A DNA stretch of 64,000 nucleotides from Gammaproteobacteria bacterium (GCA_041496705.1 JBGQFD010000001.1:39127-103126); one strand, 5' to 3'. Counted from the stretch's first letter, positions 45,801 through 55,770 are shown. The notes: generated from the sequence alone by a model not told the origin. Program-made: numbers and translations.

Positions 45801-46372
45801 GCCCCGGCGAGACCCACCGCGGCATCGACGTAGCTCTCCGCCTGCGGGCTGCCCGGGCGCTGCAACTCGAGGTAAAACCGTCCGGGAAAGAGCCCTGCCC
45901 ACTCCTGCGCCAGCCGCTCGGCCTGCGCGCGGTTGTCCTGGAGCAGCGCCGCGCCGATGTCACCGTACATCGCGCCGGAGAGCGCGATCAGACCCTCGGT
46001 GCCCGCTGCGAACCAGTTCTTCTTCATCTCGGCGCGACCGCGATGCTGATTCTCCAGCCACGCCCGCGTCAGCAGCTCCGACAATTTCAGATAACCCTGC
46101 CGCGACTGCACCAACAGGACCATCCGGTGCGGCTTGTCGCGCTCGGATTCGTTGGTCATCCAGAGGTCGCAGCCGATGACCGGCTTGACACCGGCGGCGC
46201 GCGCCGCCTTGTAGAACTTGACCATGCCGAACACGTTGGCGAGGTCGGTGATGGCGAGCGCCGGCATGCCGTCGGCGGCGGCCCGGGCGACGCCTTCGTC
46301 GATGCGCACGATGCCGTCGCTGACGGAGAATTCGCTGTGCAGCCGCAGATGGACGAAGGCGGGGGTTGGCAT
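42896..46372 (-). CDS. dnaE: DNA polymerase III subunit alpha
   Basis: 1158 aa with PHP N-terminus FVHLRLHSEFS, GPGRGSGAGSLVAY, and an OB fold at the C-terminus. Confidence 0.98.
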   Translation of the reverse strand: MPTPAFVHLRLHSEFSVSDGIVRIDEGVARAAADGMPALAITDLANVFGMVKFYKAARAAGVKPVIGCDLWMTNESERDKPHRMVLLVQSRQGYLKLSELLTRAWLENQHRGRAEMKKNWFAAGTEGLIALSGAMYGDIGAALLQDNRAQAERLAQEWAGLFPGRFYLELQRPGSPQAESYVDAAVGLAGACSLPVVATHPVQFLKPEDFTAHEARVCIAEGHVLGDQRRPRAFTRDSYFLSQAQMAERFADLPEALANSVEIARRCNLSLDLGKSRLPKFPTPGGASLEDYLAHTAGQGLERRLAALYPDAERCAKEEPRYRQRLDLETKTIVQMGFAGYFLIVADFINWAKSNGVPVGPGRGSGAGSLVAYSLGITDLDPLRYDLLFERFLNPERVSMPDFDIDFCERGRDRVIEYVRQKYGAQSVSQIATFGTMAARAVVRDVGRVMEWSYARTDELAKLIPFQPGKRITLQDAREMEPRLAEREKTEEETRALLALAGQLEGLTRNVGMHAGGVLIAPGKLTDFCPLYAAQGTESTISQFDMKDVERIGLVKFDFLGLTTLTILDWAVQSIRAMGSPEFALEKIPLDDPRAYAVFANANTTAIFQFESRGMRDLVKRARPDRFEDIIALVALYRPGPMELIPEFVERKNGKRVEYLDPRLEPILKPTYGIMVYQEQVMQIAQVMGGYSLGGADLLRRAMGKKDAKEMAQQRDVFVAGAEKNRLPRAKAILLFDLMEKFAGYGFNKSHAAAYALIAYQTAFLKAHYSAAFMAANLSAVMDDTDKVHQFHEDALGNGLKVLAPDINSGEYRFVPVDAKTIRYGLGAVKGTGESAIAAVLAARKDSPFLDLFDFCERVDKRAVNRRTVEALVRAGAFDSLNDHRASLLASVGVAMEAAEQAERHAQQTNLFGAADGESQQRIALVAAERWDETRRLREEKTSLGFYLSGHPFAAVRGEVSRFVRTSLKSLAPSVEGAGGVHTQLIAGIVESLRFQKTQGGRMIVVNLSDGTATQEVTVYNEVFDQYRDLVKEDALVVIEAKVRNVRRSVGEEGESVFMRIAAERIYDLAGARSRFARGVRLSMNGEASAGGAAASAKLRSLLEPYRNGPCPVAVCYRNGGASVEMQLGESWRVNLDDALLKSLNEWLRPENVEVLYP

Positions 46373-46484
46373 CGAATCGCGGGGACGACGGGAAAATTCC
46401 CGCGCAGAAATTTTACACCGGGGTTTCCGCGCGGGGGCCGATCGCCGTCAAAACTCCCGGCGGGTTCCAGGGTCCAACAACATC

Positions 46485-46988
46485 ATGCAGCACGCAAATA
46501 TGCGATTCCTCACCGCGATCAAGGGCCTAGTCGCGTTGACCGCGGCGCTTGCGCCGCTCGCCTGCAACGCGGACACCGTATACAAGTACCAGTATCCGGA
46601 CGGCAAGGTCGTTTACTCGGACTCGCCGGTCCGCGGAGCGCGGCTGATCGGCCGCTATCTGCTGCTTCCGCAACCGGCCGGCGAAAGCAAGGCAAAGGCG
46701 GTGCCCGGCGGCGCGGATCCCGAAGAACGCGCGCGCCGGCGCTCACAGGCGCTCGACGCGTCCGACGCCGCGATCAAGGCCGCAGAGCTCGCACTGAAGA
46801 GCGCGCAGGAGCGCCAGAAGGCTGGCGTCGAGTCGCTTCCCGGCGAGCGCATCGGCAACGCTTCCGGACGCGGCTCGCGGCTGCGTCCGGAATACTTCGT
46901 GCGCCAGCGGCAGCTGATAGACGACCTCGAGCAGGCTCAGGGTCGGCTCGACGAGGCATGGCGGGCGCACAACGAACTGCGCGATTGA
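46485..46988 (+). CDS. DUF4124-domain periplasmic protein
   Basis: 167 aa (or a start at 46500, MRFLTAIKG...). Signal peptide followed by VYKYQYPDGKVVYSDSP, typical of DUF4124. Confidence 0.75.
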   Translation: MQHANMRFLTAIKGLVALTAALAPLACNADTVYKYQYPDGKVVYSDSPVRGARLIGRYLLLPQPAGESKAKAVPGGADPEERARRRSQALDASDAAIKAAELALKSAQERQKAGVESLPGERIGNASGRGSRLRPEYFVRQRQLIDDLEQAQGRLDEAWRAHNELRD

Positions 46989-47034
46989 CGCCCGTTCCCT
47001 TTCTGCGGTCTGGCCCCGCCCTGAACCGGTCGCA

Positions 47035-48072
47035 TCAGGCGATCGAGACCTGCGGCTCGGCGGCATTGCGCGCCTCGACGCGGCCGATTCGGAAGACCGT
47101 TTCCCCGGCGCCCGCGAGCGAGCGCGCCGCACGATCGGCGTCCTTCGCGTCCAACACGACAACCATGCCGATGCCGCAGTTGAATACACGGTGCATCTCG
47201 GCGTCGGCGACTCCGCCTTCGCGCTGCAGCCACTGGAACAGCGGCGGCAGCGGCCAGGACGCGCGCACGATCGCCGCTTTCACGGACTCGGGCAGGATGC
47301 GCGGGAGGTTTTCCAGCAGACCCCCGCCCGTGATGTGCGCCATGCCCTTCACCTTGACCTCGCGCAGCAGCGCGAGCAGCGACTTCACGTAGATGCGCGT
47401 CGGCTCGAGCAGCACGTCCCCGAGCGGTCTGCCGTGAAAATCAGCGTGGAGATCGGGCTTCGCCCGCTCGACGATCCGGCGCACCAGGGAATACCCATTC
47501 GAATGCGCGCCGCTAGCCGCGAGCCCGAGCAGCACGTCGCCGGCCGCGATGTCCCGGCCGTCGACGATCGCGCTTTTCTCGACCACACCGACCGCGAACC
47601 CGGCGAGATCGTACTCGCCTTCGGCGTACATGCCGGGCATCTCGGCGGTCTCCCCGCCGATGAGCGCGCAGCCGGCAAGTTCACAGCCGCGCGCAATGCC
47701 CTTGACCACGTCGGTGGCGACCGCCACGTCGAGCCTGCCGCAGGCGAAGTAGTCGAGGAAGAATAGCGGCTCGGCGCCTTGCACCAGGATGTCGTTGACG
47801 CTCATCGCCACGAGGTCGATGCCGACGGTGTCGTGCCTGCCGAGCTGGAAGGCGAGCTTGAGCTTGGTGCCGACGCCGTCGGTGCCGGAGACGAGCACGG
47901 GCTCGCGGTATTTTTTCGAGACCTCGAACAGGGCGCCGAATCCGCCGATCCCGGCGAGCACTTCTGGGCGCAGCGTCCTCTTCGCGAAGGGCTTGATCGC
48001 CTCGACCAGCGCGTTGCCGGCGTCGATGTCCACCCCCGCGTCGCGGTAAGTGAGAGGAGTGCGGTTGGCCAA
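47035..48072 (-). CDS. purM: phosphoribosylformylglycinamidine cyclo-ligase
   Basis: 345 aa with [23 protein letters not shown] and GGETAEMPG. Confidence 0.97.
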   Translation of the reverse strand: MANRTPLTYRDAGVDIDAGNALVEAIKPFAKRTLRPEVLAGIGGFGALFEVSKKYREPVLVSGTDGVGTKLKLAFQLGRHDTVGIDLVAMSVNDILVQGAEPLFFLDYFACGRLDVAVATDVVKGIARGCELAGCALIGGETAEMPGMYAEGEYDLAGFAVGVVEKSAIVDGRDIAAGDVLLGLAASGAHSNGYSLVRRIVERAKPDLHADFHGRPLGDVLLEPTRIYVKSLLALLREVKVKGMAHITGGGLLENLPRILPESVKAAIVRASWPLPPLFQWLQREGGVADAEMHRVFNCGIGMVVVLDAKDADRAARSLAGAGETVFRIGRVEARNAAEPQVSIA

Positions 48073-48181
48073 GGTGGAAGCGACTATGAGGATTCTAAAG
48101 ACGAGGGATATGCAAGGGAGCGCGCCCCCTTTTTCGACACCCTGATAGAGTTACGCGTTTAGCGCTGGAATTTTAATCGAA

Positions 48182-49246
48182 ATGCCCCCTGTCCGCCTTA
48201 CCGATCCGGAGAAATGGTGGTGGCCCGCGCTTGCGCTGGCGGTGCTGGTGCTGTTCTACTTTCTCTCGCCGATCCTCGCGCCCTTCCTGCTCGGCGGCAT
48301 CCTCGCCTACATCTGCGATCCGCTGGTCGACTGGCTGGAGCGCAGGCGCGTGCCCCGCACGATCGCGGTGCTCCTGGTGATGCTGCTGCTGGTCGCGCTC
48401 CTCGTGCTGCTCGCGGTGATCTTGGTGCCGCTGTTCTACAAGGAAGTGAAGCTGCTCTCCGAGCGCCTGCCCGGATACCTCGACCAGGTGAACGTCCATC
48501 TCGTGCCGTGGCTCAAGGATCGCTTCGGCATCCAGATCCAGGTCGACGCGGCGAGCATCCGCCAGCTGGTGACGGACAGCCTGCAGGGCACCGAAGGCAT
48601 CGGGCTGAAGCTGCTCGAATCGCTCAAGATCGGGGGCCTCACGGTGATCGGCTACCTCGTCAACCTCCTGCTCGTGCCGGTGGTGCTGTTCTACATGTTG
48701 CGCGACTGGAAGGGGCTGCTCGCGCGCCTCGACCGACTGGTGCCGCGGCGCTGGCACACCAAGGCCCGCGGGCTGGTCGCCGAGATCGACGCCGTGCTCG
48801 CCGAATTCCTGCGCGGCCAGGTCACGGTGATCCTCGCCATGAGCGCCTTCTACACGCTCGGCCTTTGGCTCACCGGGCTGGAGTTCTTCCTCCCCGTCGG
48901 CGTGATCACCGGCGTCCTGGTTTTCATTCCCTACGTCGGCATGCTCACCGGGCTGGTGCTCGCCACGCTCTCGGCGCTGATGCAGTTCGGCGCGACCTCG
49001 GGCCTCGTGTGGGTGGGCGTGGTGTTCGCCGCCGGCCAGGCGCTCGAGGGCTTCGTCATCACCCCGGCGCTCGTCGGGCAGCGCGTCGGCCTGCACCCGG
49101 TCGCGGTGATCTTCGCGCTGCTTGCCTTCGGCCAGATCTTCGGGTTCTTCGGCGTGCTGCTGGCGCTGCCGGCGAGCGCGGCACTGCTGGTCGGCCTGCG
49201 TCACCTGCGCACCCGCTACTACGCGAGCTCGTTCTACAAGAATTGA
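48182..49246 (+). CDS. AI-2E family transporter (PerM-like permease)
   Basis: 354 aa, polytopic, with IPYVG and ITPALVG motifs. Divergent from purM. Confidence 0.85.
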   Translation: MPPVRLTDPEKWWWPALALAVLVLFYFLSPILAPFLLGGILAYICDPLVDWLERRRVPRTIAVLLVMLLLVALLVLLAVILVPLFYKEVKLLSERLPGYLDQVNVHLVPWLKDRFGIQIQVDAASIRQLVTDSLQGTEGIGLKLLESLKIGGLTVIGYLVNLLLVPVVLFYMLRDWKGLLARLDRLVPRRWHTKARGLVAEIDAVLAEFLRGQVTVILAMSAFYTLGLWLTGLEFFLPVGVITGVLVFIPYVGMLTGLVLATLSALMQFGATSGLVWVGVVFAAGQALEGFVITPALVGQRVGLHPVAVIFALLAFGQIFGFFGVLLALPASAALLVGLRHLRTRYYASSFYKN

Positions 49247-49911
49247 TGCAACAACTGCTCCTCGAACTCTCTCCTCCACCGTCGCCGACGCTGGAGAATT
49301 TCTTCCCGGGGCAAAACGGCGCGGCGCTCGGCGCGCTGCGCGCGGCGCTCGCCGGCGGCGAGGCCTTCGTCTACCTGTGGGGCGCCGCCGGCAGCGGCAA
49401 GACGCATCTGCTGCGCGCCTTTGCCCGGGCGGCAGGTGCCGACGCGGCCTACCACGAGATGGCGCGTGCCGACTGGAAGGGCCTGGAAACTCTCAAGACC
49501 GTCGCAATCGACGACGTTTCCCGGCTCGACGAACCCGGGCAGATCACCGCCTTCGATCTGTGCAACCGGCTGCGCGCGTCGGGCGGTGTGCTGGTCGCGA
49601 GCGGCACGGTGCCGCCCGCGGAGCTCGCTTTGCGTGCGGACCTGCGCTCGCGCCTTGCCTCGGGAATCGTTCTGCAACTGCACCCGCTGGGCGACGCGGA
49701 AAAATCCCAGGTGCTGCGCGAACACGCCGCCGCGCGCGGACTGGCGATCGACGAGGCTCTCATCGACTACCTGCTCACCCACTTCGAGCGGGACATGGGA
49801 ACGCAGATCGCGCTCCTCGATGCGCTCGACCGCTACTCCCTGCAGCGCCAGCGCGGCATCACGCTGCCGCTGTTGAAGGAAGTGCTGCAGCAGCTGCGTC
49901 CGGTGCAGTGA
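49246..49911 (+). CDS. hda: DnaA regulatory inactivator Hda
   Basis: 221 aa with an ATGA overlap with the upstream gene. Walker A GAAGSGKTHLL. Truncated DnaA-domain-III architecture. Confidence 0.85.
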   Translation: MQQLLLELSPPPSPTLENFFPGQNGAALGALRAALAGGEAFVYLWGAAGSGKTHLLRAFARAAGADAAYHEMARADWKGLETLKTVAIDDVSRLDEPGQITAFDLCNRLRASGGVLVASGTVPPAELALRADLRSRLASGIVLQLHPLGDAEKSQVLREHAAARGLAIDEALIDYLLTHFERDMGTQIALLDALDRYSLQRQRGITLPLLKEVLQQLRPVQ

Positions 49912-49916
49912 GCGCC

Positions 49917-50597
49917 ATGGGAAACCGCTTGGAACTGGCGCTTTTCGATCTGGACAATACGCTGCTCTCCGGGGACAGCGATTACGAGTGGGCGCAGTTC
50001 CTCATCGAGCGCGGCGTGCTCGAGCGCGCGCACTACGAGGCGAGGAACGAGCATTTTTTCTCGCAGTACAAGGAAGGGCGCCTGGACATCCACGAGTTCC
50101 TCGACTTCCAGCTCGCGCCGCTGGCGCGCCACCCGCGCGAACAGCTCGAAGCCTGGCACGCCGAATTCATGCGCGTGAAGGTGAAGCCGATGATCCGCAA
50201 GAAGGGGCTGGCGCTGGTGCGCGCTCACCTGGCGCAGGCGCACCTGTGCGCGATCGTCACCTCGACCAACGCCTTCATCACCGAACCGATCGCGCGCGAA
50301 TTCGGCGTCGAGCACCTGCTCGCGACCGAGCTCGAAGTCCGCGACGGGCGCTTCACCGGCAAGCCCCGCGGCACGCCCGCGTTCCGGCAGGGCAAGGTGA
50401 CGCGCCTCGCCGAATGGCTGGGCGGGCGGAGCGAGACGCTCGCGTCCTTCAGCGCGAGCTGGTTCTACAGCGATTCGCTGAACGACCTGCCGCTGCTCGA
50501 GCGCGTCACCCGGCCGGTCGCGGTCGACCCCGACGACACCCTGCGGCGGGAAGCGCTCGCGCGCGGCTGGCCGGTCGTCAGCCTCGGTGACGCGTGA
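49917..50597 (+). CDS. HAD-IB family hydrolase
   Basis: 226 aa with FDLDNTLL (motif I), VTSTN (motif II) and YSDSLNDLPLL (motif III/IV). Confidence 0.8.
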   Translation: MGNRLELALFDLDNTLLSGDSDYEWAQFLIERGVLERAHYEARNEHFFSQYKEGRLDIHEFLDFQLAPLARHPREQLEAWHAEFMRVKVKPMIRKKGLALVRAHLAQAHLCAIVTSTNAFITEPIAREFGVEHLLATELEVRDGRFTGKPRGTPAFRQGKVTRLAEWLGGRSETLASFSASWFYSDSLNDLPLLERVTRPVAVDPDDTLRREALARGWPVVSLGDA

Positions 50598-51553
50598 AGG
50601 CCGTTCCGGTCCTGGTGATCGCGCTGGTGCCGGCGAGCCTGGCGCTCGCCGTCGCGTTCGGCAGCGTCGATCTCGGCGCGGCGCGGCTCGCCGATGCGCT
50701 TCTTTTGCGCGGCGATGAGCTCGCGCGCGAGATCGTCTGGGGCGTGCGCGTGCCGCGTGCCCTCGCCGGGTTCGCCTGCGGCGGCCTGCTCGCACTCGCC
50801 GGCAGCCTGCTGCAAGTGCTACTGCGCAACCCGCTCGCCGATCCCTACATCCTCGGCGTTTCGGGCGGGGCCTCGGCGGGCGCGCTCGGGGCCATGCTGC
50901 TGGGAGCGTCGCTGGCTGGGCTCCACGTGTCCGCTTTCGCCGGCGCCGCGCTCGCCGCCGGAGCGGTCTGGGCGTTCTCGCTGGGACCCTCGGGCTGGAA
51001 TCCTTACCGGGTGCTGCTCGCGGGGGTGGCGCTGTCCTCTGGCTTCGGCGCCATCGTCGGCCTGCTCTTGTCGCTCGCGCCTTCGGCGCAACTGCAGGGC
51101 ATGCTCTTCTGGCTGCTCGGCGATCTGTCGCCCGCGGGCGATCCGACGCCCGCGCTCGTGGCGCTCGCGGCGTGCGCCGCGCTGGCCTTCCCGCAGTCGG
51201 CGGCCCTCGACGTTCTGGTCCTCGGCGAGGACAAGGCGCGCTCGCTCGGCGTCGCAGTGACCCGCGTGCAGTTGCTCGCCTTCGGCTGCGCCACGGTCGC
51301 AACGGTTGCCGCGGTCCTCCTCGGCGGTGCGATCGGCTTCGTCGGGCTGGTCGTGCCTCATATGCTCAGGCTCTGCGGTATCCACCGCCACGCCGCGCTC
51401 CTGCCCCTGGCCACGTGCCTCGGAGGCAGCCTCCTCGCCCTCGCCGATACGCTCTCGCGGAGCATCGCCGCCCCGACCGAGCTTCCCGTCGGCGTGGTCA
51501 CCGCCCTCATCGGGGTCCCGGTGCTGCTCGTCCTGCTCGCGAGGCTGCGCTGA
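50594..51553 (+). CDS. FecCD/BtuC-family ABC transporter permease
   Basis: 319 aa, polytopic, with RNPLADPYILGVSGGA and LPVGVVTALIGVP. Confidence 0.85.
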   Translation: MKAVPVLVIALVPASLALAVAFGSVDLGAARLADALLLRGDELAREIVWGVRVPRALAGFACGGLLALAGSLLQVLLRNPLADPYILGVSGGASAGALGAMLLGASLAGLHVSAFAGAALAAGAVWAFSLGPSGWNPYRVLLAGVALSSGFGAIVGLLLSLAPSAQLQGMLFWLLGDLSPAGDPTPALVALAACAALAFPQSAALDVLVLGEDKARSLGVAVTRVQLLAFGCATVATVAAVLLGGAIGFVGLVVPHMLRLCGIHRHAALLPLATCLGGSLLALADTLSRSIAAPTELPVGVVTALIGVPVLLVLLARLR

Positions 51554-52303
51554 ATGCTCAAGGCGAGGGACCTCACCCTGCACATCGGCGGCCGCGAGCT
51601 GGTGCGAAGTCTCGACATCGCGCTCGCGCCGGGTGAGTGCTGGGCGCTGCTGGGGCGCAACGGCGCGGGAAAGACGAGCCTCATCCTCGCGCTCACGGGC
51701 TTGCGCGCGGCAAACGCCGGTTCGATCGACCTGGAGGGCAGACCGCTCGCGTCCCTTGCGCGCCGGGAAGCGGCGCAGCGCATCGGCGTGCTGCTGCAGG
51801 ACGAGGATGCGGATTTCTGGGGCAACGTGATCGACTACGTCATGCTCGGGCGCCACGCGCGCACCCGCAGTGCCTGGGGCCGCGACGAAGAAGGCGCAGC
51901 GCTCGCGCGGCGCTGGCTCGGGGAACTCGACCTCGCCGGGCACGCCGCCCAGGCCTACCGCACGCTCTCGGGCGGGGAACGGCAGCGGGCGCGCATTGCG
52001 CAGCTCTTCGTGCAGGACCCGGATATCCTGCTGCTCGACGAGCCGCTGCAGCACCTCGACCTGCGCTACCAGGCGCTGGTGATGCGCACGCTCGCCGCGC
52101 ACGCCGCCGCCGGCAAGACGGTGCTCGCCGCACTGCACGAGCCCGCGCACGCCGCGCGATACTGCGGATTCTGCGTTTTACTGTATGATGCGGGCCGCGC
52201 GAGCCTGGGGCGCTCGGGCGACATGCTCACCCAAGCCAATCTCGAGGCGCTGTACCAGTGCCGGCTGGAAACCGCCGGCGCGCTGAGTTTTCATCCCATT
52301 TGA
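51554..52303 (+). CDS. ABC transporter ATP-binding protein (FecE/BtuD-like)
   Basis: 249 aa with Walker A GRNGAGKTS, signature LSGGERQR and Walker B ILLLDEP. Confidence 0.85.
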   Translation: MLKARDLTLHIGGRELVRSLDIALAPGECWALLGRNGAGKTSLILALTGLRAANAGSIDLEGRPLASLARREAAQRIGVLLQDEDADFWGNVIDYVMLGRHARTRSAWGRDEEGAALARRWLGELDLAGHAAQAYRTLSGGERQRARIAQLFVQDPDILLLDEPLQHLDLRYQALVMRTLAAHAAAGKTVLAALHEPAHAARYCGFCVLLYDAGRASLGRSGDMLTQANLEALYQCRLETAGALSFHPI

Positions 52304-53622
52304 TCAAGAAATTCATCCGGCGCGTTCTGCGGCTCGACGCAGCCGAGCCGCACCTCATCCCGCGCGAGCGGCACGGCATCGGCCGCGAGGCCATTTCGCC
52401 GGGCTCGCGCAAGGTCTGCGAGACGCTGCAAAGCCACGGCCATACCGCGTACGTGGTGGGCGGCGCGGTGCGCGACCTGCTCCTCGGCCTGCGCCCCAAG
52501 GATTTCGATGTCGCCACCGACGCCGATCCCGAGGACGTGCACCGGCTGTTCCGGCGCTCGCGCCTTATCGGCCGGCGCTTCAAGCTAGTGCACGTGATGT
52601 TCGGCGAGGAGACGGTAGAGGTGTCCACATTCCGCTCACGCACCGCCGCGGAGACCGACGAGCATGGACGTGTCCTTCGCGACAATATCTATGGCACGCG
52701 CGAGGACGATGCGATCCGGCGCGATTTCACGGTGAACGCCCTGTACTACGACCCGGCCACCGAGACCATCCTCGACTATCACAACGGGTTGAGGGACATG
52801 CGCCACAAGTCCGTGCGCGTCATCGGCGACGCCCGCGCGCGCTACCGCGAGGACCCGGTGCGCATGCTGCGCGCTGCCCGCTTCGCGGCGAAGCTCGGCT
52901 TCACCATCGACGAGCGCACGCGCAAGCCCATCCGCGAGATGGCCTCGTTGCTGGAAAACGTCCCCGCGTCGCGGGTCTACGAGGAAATACAAAAGCTGCT
53001 GCTCTCCGGCCACGCCGCCACCAGCCTGCGACAGCTGCGCAGCGAAGGCCTGCACCATGGCCTCTTGCCGCTGCTCGATGTCATCTTCGAGCAGCCGATG
53101 GGAGAACGCTTCGTGCAACTCGCGCTCGAGCAAACCGACGCGCGCGTGCGCTCGGGCAAGCCGGTGTCGCCGGCGTTCCTCTTCGCCGCGCTGCTCTGGC
53201 ACGAAGTGCTGGCGGCATGGAAGAAACTGGAGCATCAGGGCCAGCACCGGATTCCGGCGCTTTTTCGCGCGATGGACACGGTGCTCGACATCCAGACCGG
53301 GAAGCTCGCCATCCCGCGGCGCTTCACTGCGGTGATGAAGGAGATCTGGGCGATGCAGCCGCGCCTGGAGCAGCGCAGCGGCCGCCGCCCGTTCGCTGTG
53401 CTCGCGAACGACAAGTTCCGCGCCGGCTTCGATTTTCTGGTGCTGAGAGCACAAAGCGGTGAAGCCCCCGAGGAGCTCGCGCAATGGTGGCAGCGATTCC
53501 AGCGCTCGAGCGAGGCCGAACGCCAGGCGATGCTGCTCGAGCCGCAAGCCGGCGAACACCGGCGTCGGCGGCGCCGGCGGCGAAAGCATCCGTCCGCGCC
53601 ACCGGACGCGGCGCCGGTTTGA
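52300..53622 (+). CDS. pcnB: poly(A) polymerase I
   Basis: GHTAYVVGGAVRDLLLG, PKDFDVAT and RRDFTVNALYY. I prefer the TTG at 52300 (LIKKFIRR, with a TTGA overlap to the upstream stop) over the first listed start at 52258. Confidence 0.9.
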   Translation: MIKKFIRRVLRLDAAEPHLIPRERHGIGREAISPGSRKVCETLQSHGHTAYVVGGAVRDLLLGLRPKDFDVATDADPEDVHRLFRRSRLIGRRFKLVHVMFGEETVEVSTFRSRTAAETDEHGRVLRDNIYGTREDDAIRRDFTVNALYYDPATETILDYHNGLRDMRHKSVRVIGDARARYREDPVRMLRAARFAAKLGFTIDERTRKPIREMASLLENVPASRVYEEIQKLLLSGHAATSLRQLRSEGLHHGLLPLLDVIFEQPMGERFVQLALEQTDARVRSGKPVSPAFLFAALLWHEVLAAWKKLEHQGQHRIPALFRAMDTVLDIQTGKLAIPRRFTAVMKEIWAMQPRLEQRSGRRPFAVLANDKFRAGFDFLVLRAQSGEAPEELAQWWQRFQRSSEAERQAMLLEPQAGEHRRRRRRRRKHPSAPPDAAPV

Positions 53623-53658
53623 GCCGGAGCCGTATAATTTGAGCCTAACGCCCGAATC

Positions 53659-54576
53659 ATGAAACGCGTTCTGCTTGTGCATTTTTCGCAAACCGGGCAG
53701 CTCGCCCGCGTGGCTCGCCGCCTCACCTCGCCGCTCTCCGGCGCGGGCGACGTAGAGCTGGTGGAGGAAGTACTGCGTCCACGCCAGCCGTATCCCTTTC
53801 CGTGGCCGCTGTGGAAGTTCCTCGATACCATGCCGGAATCAGTGCTGCTCGATCCGCCCGCACTCGAACCTCTCTCGAGGCGCGTGGACGAGGATTTCGA
53901 TCTCATCATCCTCGCCTACCAGGTGTGGTATCTCGCGCCCGCCGGTCCGATGACTGCCTTCCTCAAGAGCCAGACCGCGACGCGCCTTCTGCGCGGGCGC
54001 CCGGTGGTCACGGTGATCGCCTGCCGCAACATGTGGTTGCTCGCCCAGGAAACCGTCAAACGCCTGATCGGCGAGGCGGGCGGAATTCTGCGCGACAACG
54101 TGGTCTTGACAGACCGCGGCAGCGCGCTGGAGACCTTCATCACCACGCCGCGCTGGCTGCTCACGGGGCAACGCGACGCGTTCTGCGGCCTGTCGGCGGC
54201 CGGAGTCTCGGAGGATGACATCGCGGGCGCCGACCGGTTCGGCCGCGCGCTTCTCGACGCGCTGCGCGCGCACCGCGAACGCGACACCGCACCGATGTTG
54301 GCGGGCCTGGGCGCAGTGCGCGTGGATCCGCGCCTGATCTTCAGCGAGCGCGCCGCGCGACGCGCGTTTTCGGTCTGGTCCCGCGTCATCCGGCTCGGCG
54401 GTCCCCAGGGATCGGTGGGCCGCCTGCCGCTGCTGGCGCTATTTTCCGTATATCTTGTCGCAATGATCTTGCTCGTCGTGCCCGCGAGTCTGCTGCTGCA
54501 GCGTCTGGCGCGGCCGCTGCTCACGCGACACCTGCAATCGCTGCAGACTTACTACGAACTTCCTTCGGGGCGCTGA
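53659..54576 (+). CDS. darA: DarA-like dialkylresorcinol-condensing-enzyme family protein (flavodoxin-like fold, C-terminal TM helix)
   Basis: 305 aa. N-terminus MKRVLLVHFSQTGQL and overall size match my memory of DarA. It sits immediately upstream of a KAS III-like gene, as in dar loci. Confidence 0.6.
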   Translation: MKRVLLVHFSQTGQLARVARRLTSPLSGAGDVELVEEVLRPRQPYPFPWPLWKFLDTMPESVLLDPPALEPLSRRVDEDFDLIILAYQVWYLAPAGPMTAFLKSQTATRLLRGRPVVTVIACRNMWLLAQETVKRLIGEAGGILRDNVVLTDRGSALETFITTPRWLLTGQRDAFCGLSAAGVSEDDIAGADRFGRALLDALRAHRERDTAPMLAGLGAVRVDPRLIFSERAARRAFSVWSRVIRLGGPQGSVGRLPLLALFSVYLVAMILLVVPASLLLQRLARPLLTRHLQSLQTYYELPSGR

Positions 54577-54612
54577 CGCGACCCGAAGAGCGAATCGACC
54601 GGGAAACCTCGA

Positions 54613-55770
54613 ATGGACCGCCGCACCGCCTACATCACGCGCAGCTCCATCTGCCTGCCCAACGCGCCGGTGGAGAATGACCAGGTAGAGGCGATCCTGG
54701 GCCAGGTCGGCGGGCGGCCTTCGAGGGCGCGACGCGTCGTGCAGCGCAGCAATGGAATCCGGCGGCGCTACTACGTCATCGATCCGGCCACCGGCCAGCC
54801 GAACTACACCAACGCCAGCCTCACCGCGAAGGCCGTCAAGGGTCTCGCAAGCAAGGGTTTTGCTCTCGATGACCTCGCGTGCCTGGTGTGCGGCACCTCG
54901 AACCCGGACCAGCTGATGCCCAATCACGCGGTCATGGTTCACGGCGAGCTCGGCTCTCCAGTCTGCGAGGTCGCTGCGACGGCCGGGGTATGCGTTTCCG
55001 GCGCCACGGCGCTGAAGTACGCATGGATGTCGGTGCTGTCCGGAAGCGCGCCCAACGCCGTCGCGACCGGTTCCGAGGTCGCGTCGCTGGGCCTGCGCGC
55101 GCAGAACTATCCTCCCGAGGGGCCGGACACCGCCGAGAATCTGGAAGCACATCCGGAGCTGGCGTTCGAAAAGGATTTCCTGCGCTGGATGCTGTCCGAC
55201 GGAGCCGGCGCGCTGCTCGTCGAACCCGCGCCCCGGCCCGGACTGAACCTGCGCATCGACTGGATTGACGTTTTCTCCTACGCGCACCTGCTGCCCGCCT
55301 GCATGTACGTCGGCGCCGAAAAGCAGCCCGACGGCGGGCTGCGCGGCTGGATGCTCTACTCTGCCCGCGAACGTGAATCGAATTCGGTGTTCGCCTTGAA
55401 GCAGGACGTGAGGCTGCTGAACGAAGAGGTCATCGAGCACACCCTGGTCAAGCCGCTGGCGCGCGTCATCGCGCAGCGCTCGCTCGCTGCGGCGGACGTC
55501 GACTGGTTTCTGCCACACTATTCGTCGGAATATTTCCGCAAACCGGTCGCCGACGGACTCGCCCGGGCCGGTCTGCCGATCCCGCAGGAGCGCTGGTTCA
55601 CCAATCTCGAACAGGTGGGCAACGTCGGATCGGCGTCGATTTACATCATGCTGGACGAACTGCTACAAAGCGGGCGCCTGAAGGACGGGCAGCGTCTCCT
55701 GTGCTGGGTGCCGGAGAGCGGACGATTCTCGAGCGCCTTCATCGGTCTCACCGCCGTAACGCATGCGTGA
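54613..55770 (+). CDS. darB: KAS III-like ketosynthase (DarB-like)
   Basis: 385 aa, FabH-like, with active-site region ATAGVCVSGATAL and a C-terminal GNVGSASIYIML. Confidence 0.7.
   Translation: MDRRTAYITRSSICLPNAPVENDQVEAILGQVGGRPSRARRVVQRSNGIRRRYYVIDPATGQPNYTNASLTAKAVKGLASKGFALDDLACLVCGTSNPDQLMPNHAVMVHGELGSPVCEVAATAGVCVSGATALKYAWMSVLSGSAPNAVATGSEVASLGLRAQNYPPEGPDTAENLEAHPELAFEKDFLRWMLSDGAGALLVEPAPRPGLNLRIDWIDVFSYAHLLPACMYVGAEKQPDGGLRGWMLYSARERESNSVFALKQDVRLLNEEVIEHTLVKPLARVIAQRSLAAADVDWFLPHYSSEYFRKPVADGLARAGLPIPQERWFTNLEQVGNVGSASIYIMLDELLQSGRLKDGQRLLCWVPESGRFSSAFIGLTAVTHA

Noticed and set aside
46389-46402. Imperfect palindrome CGGGAAAATTCCCG just upstream of dnaE
   Set aside because: It is short, has a central mismatch, and has no second copy or known motif match. 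It could be chance in a 110-bp divergent region.
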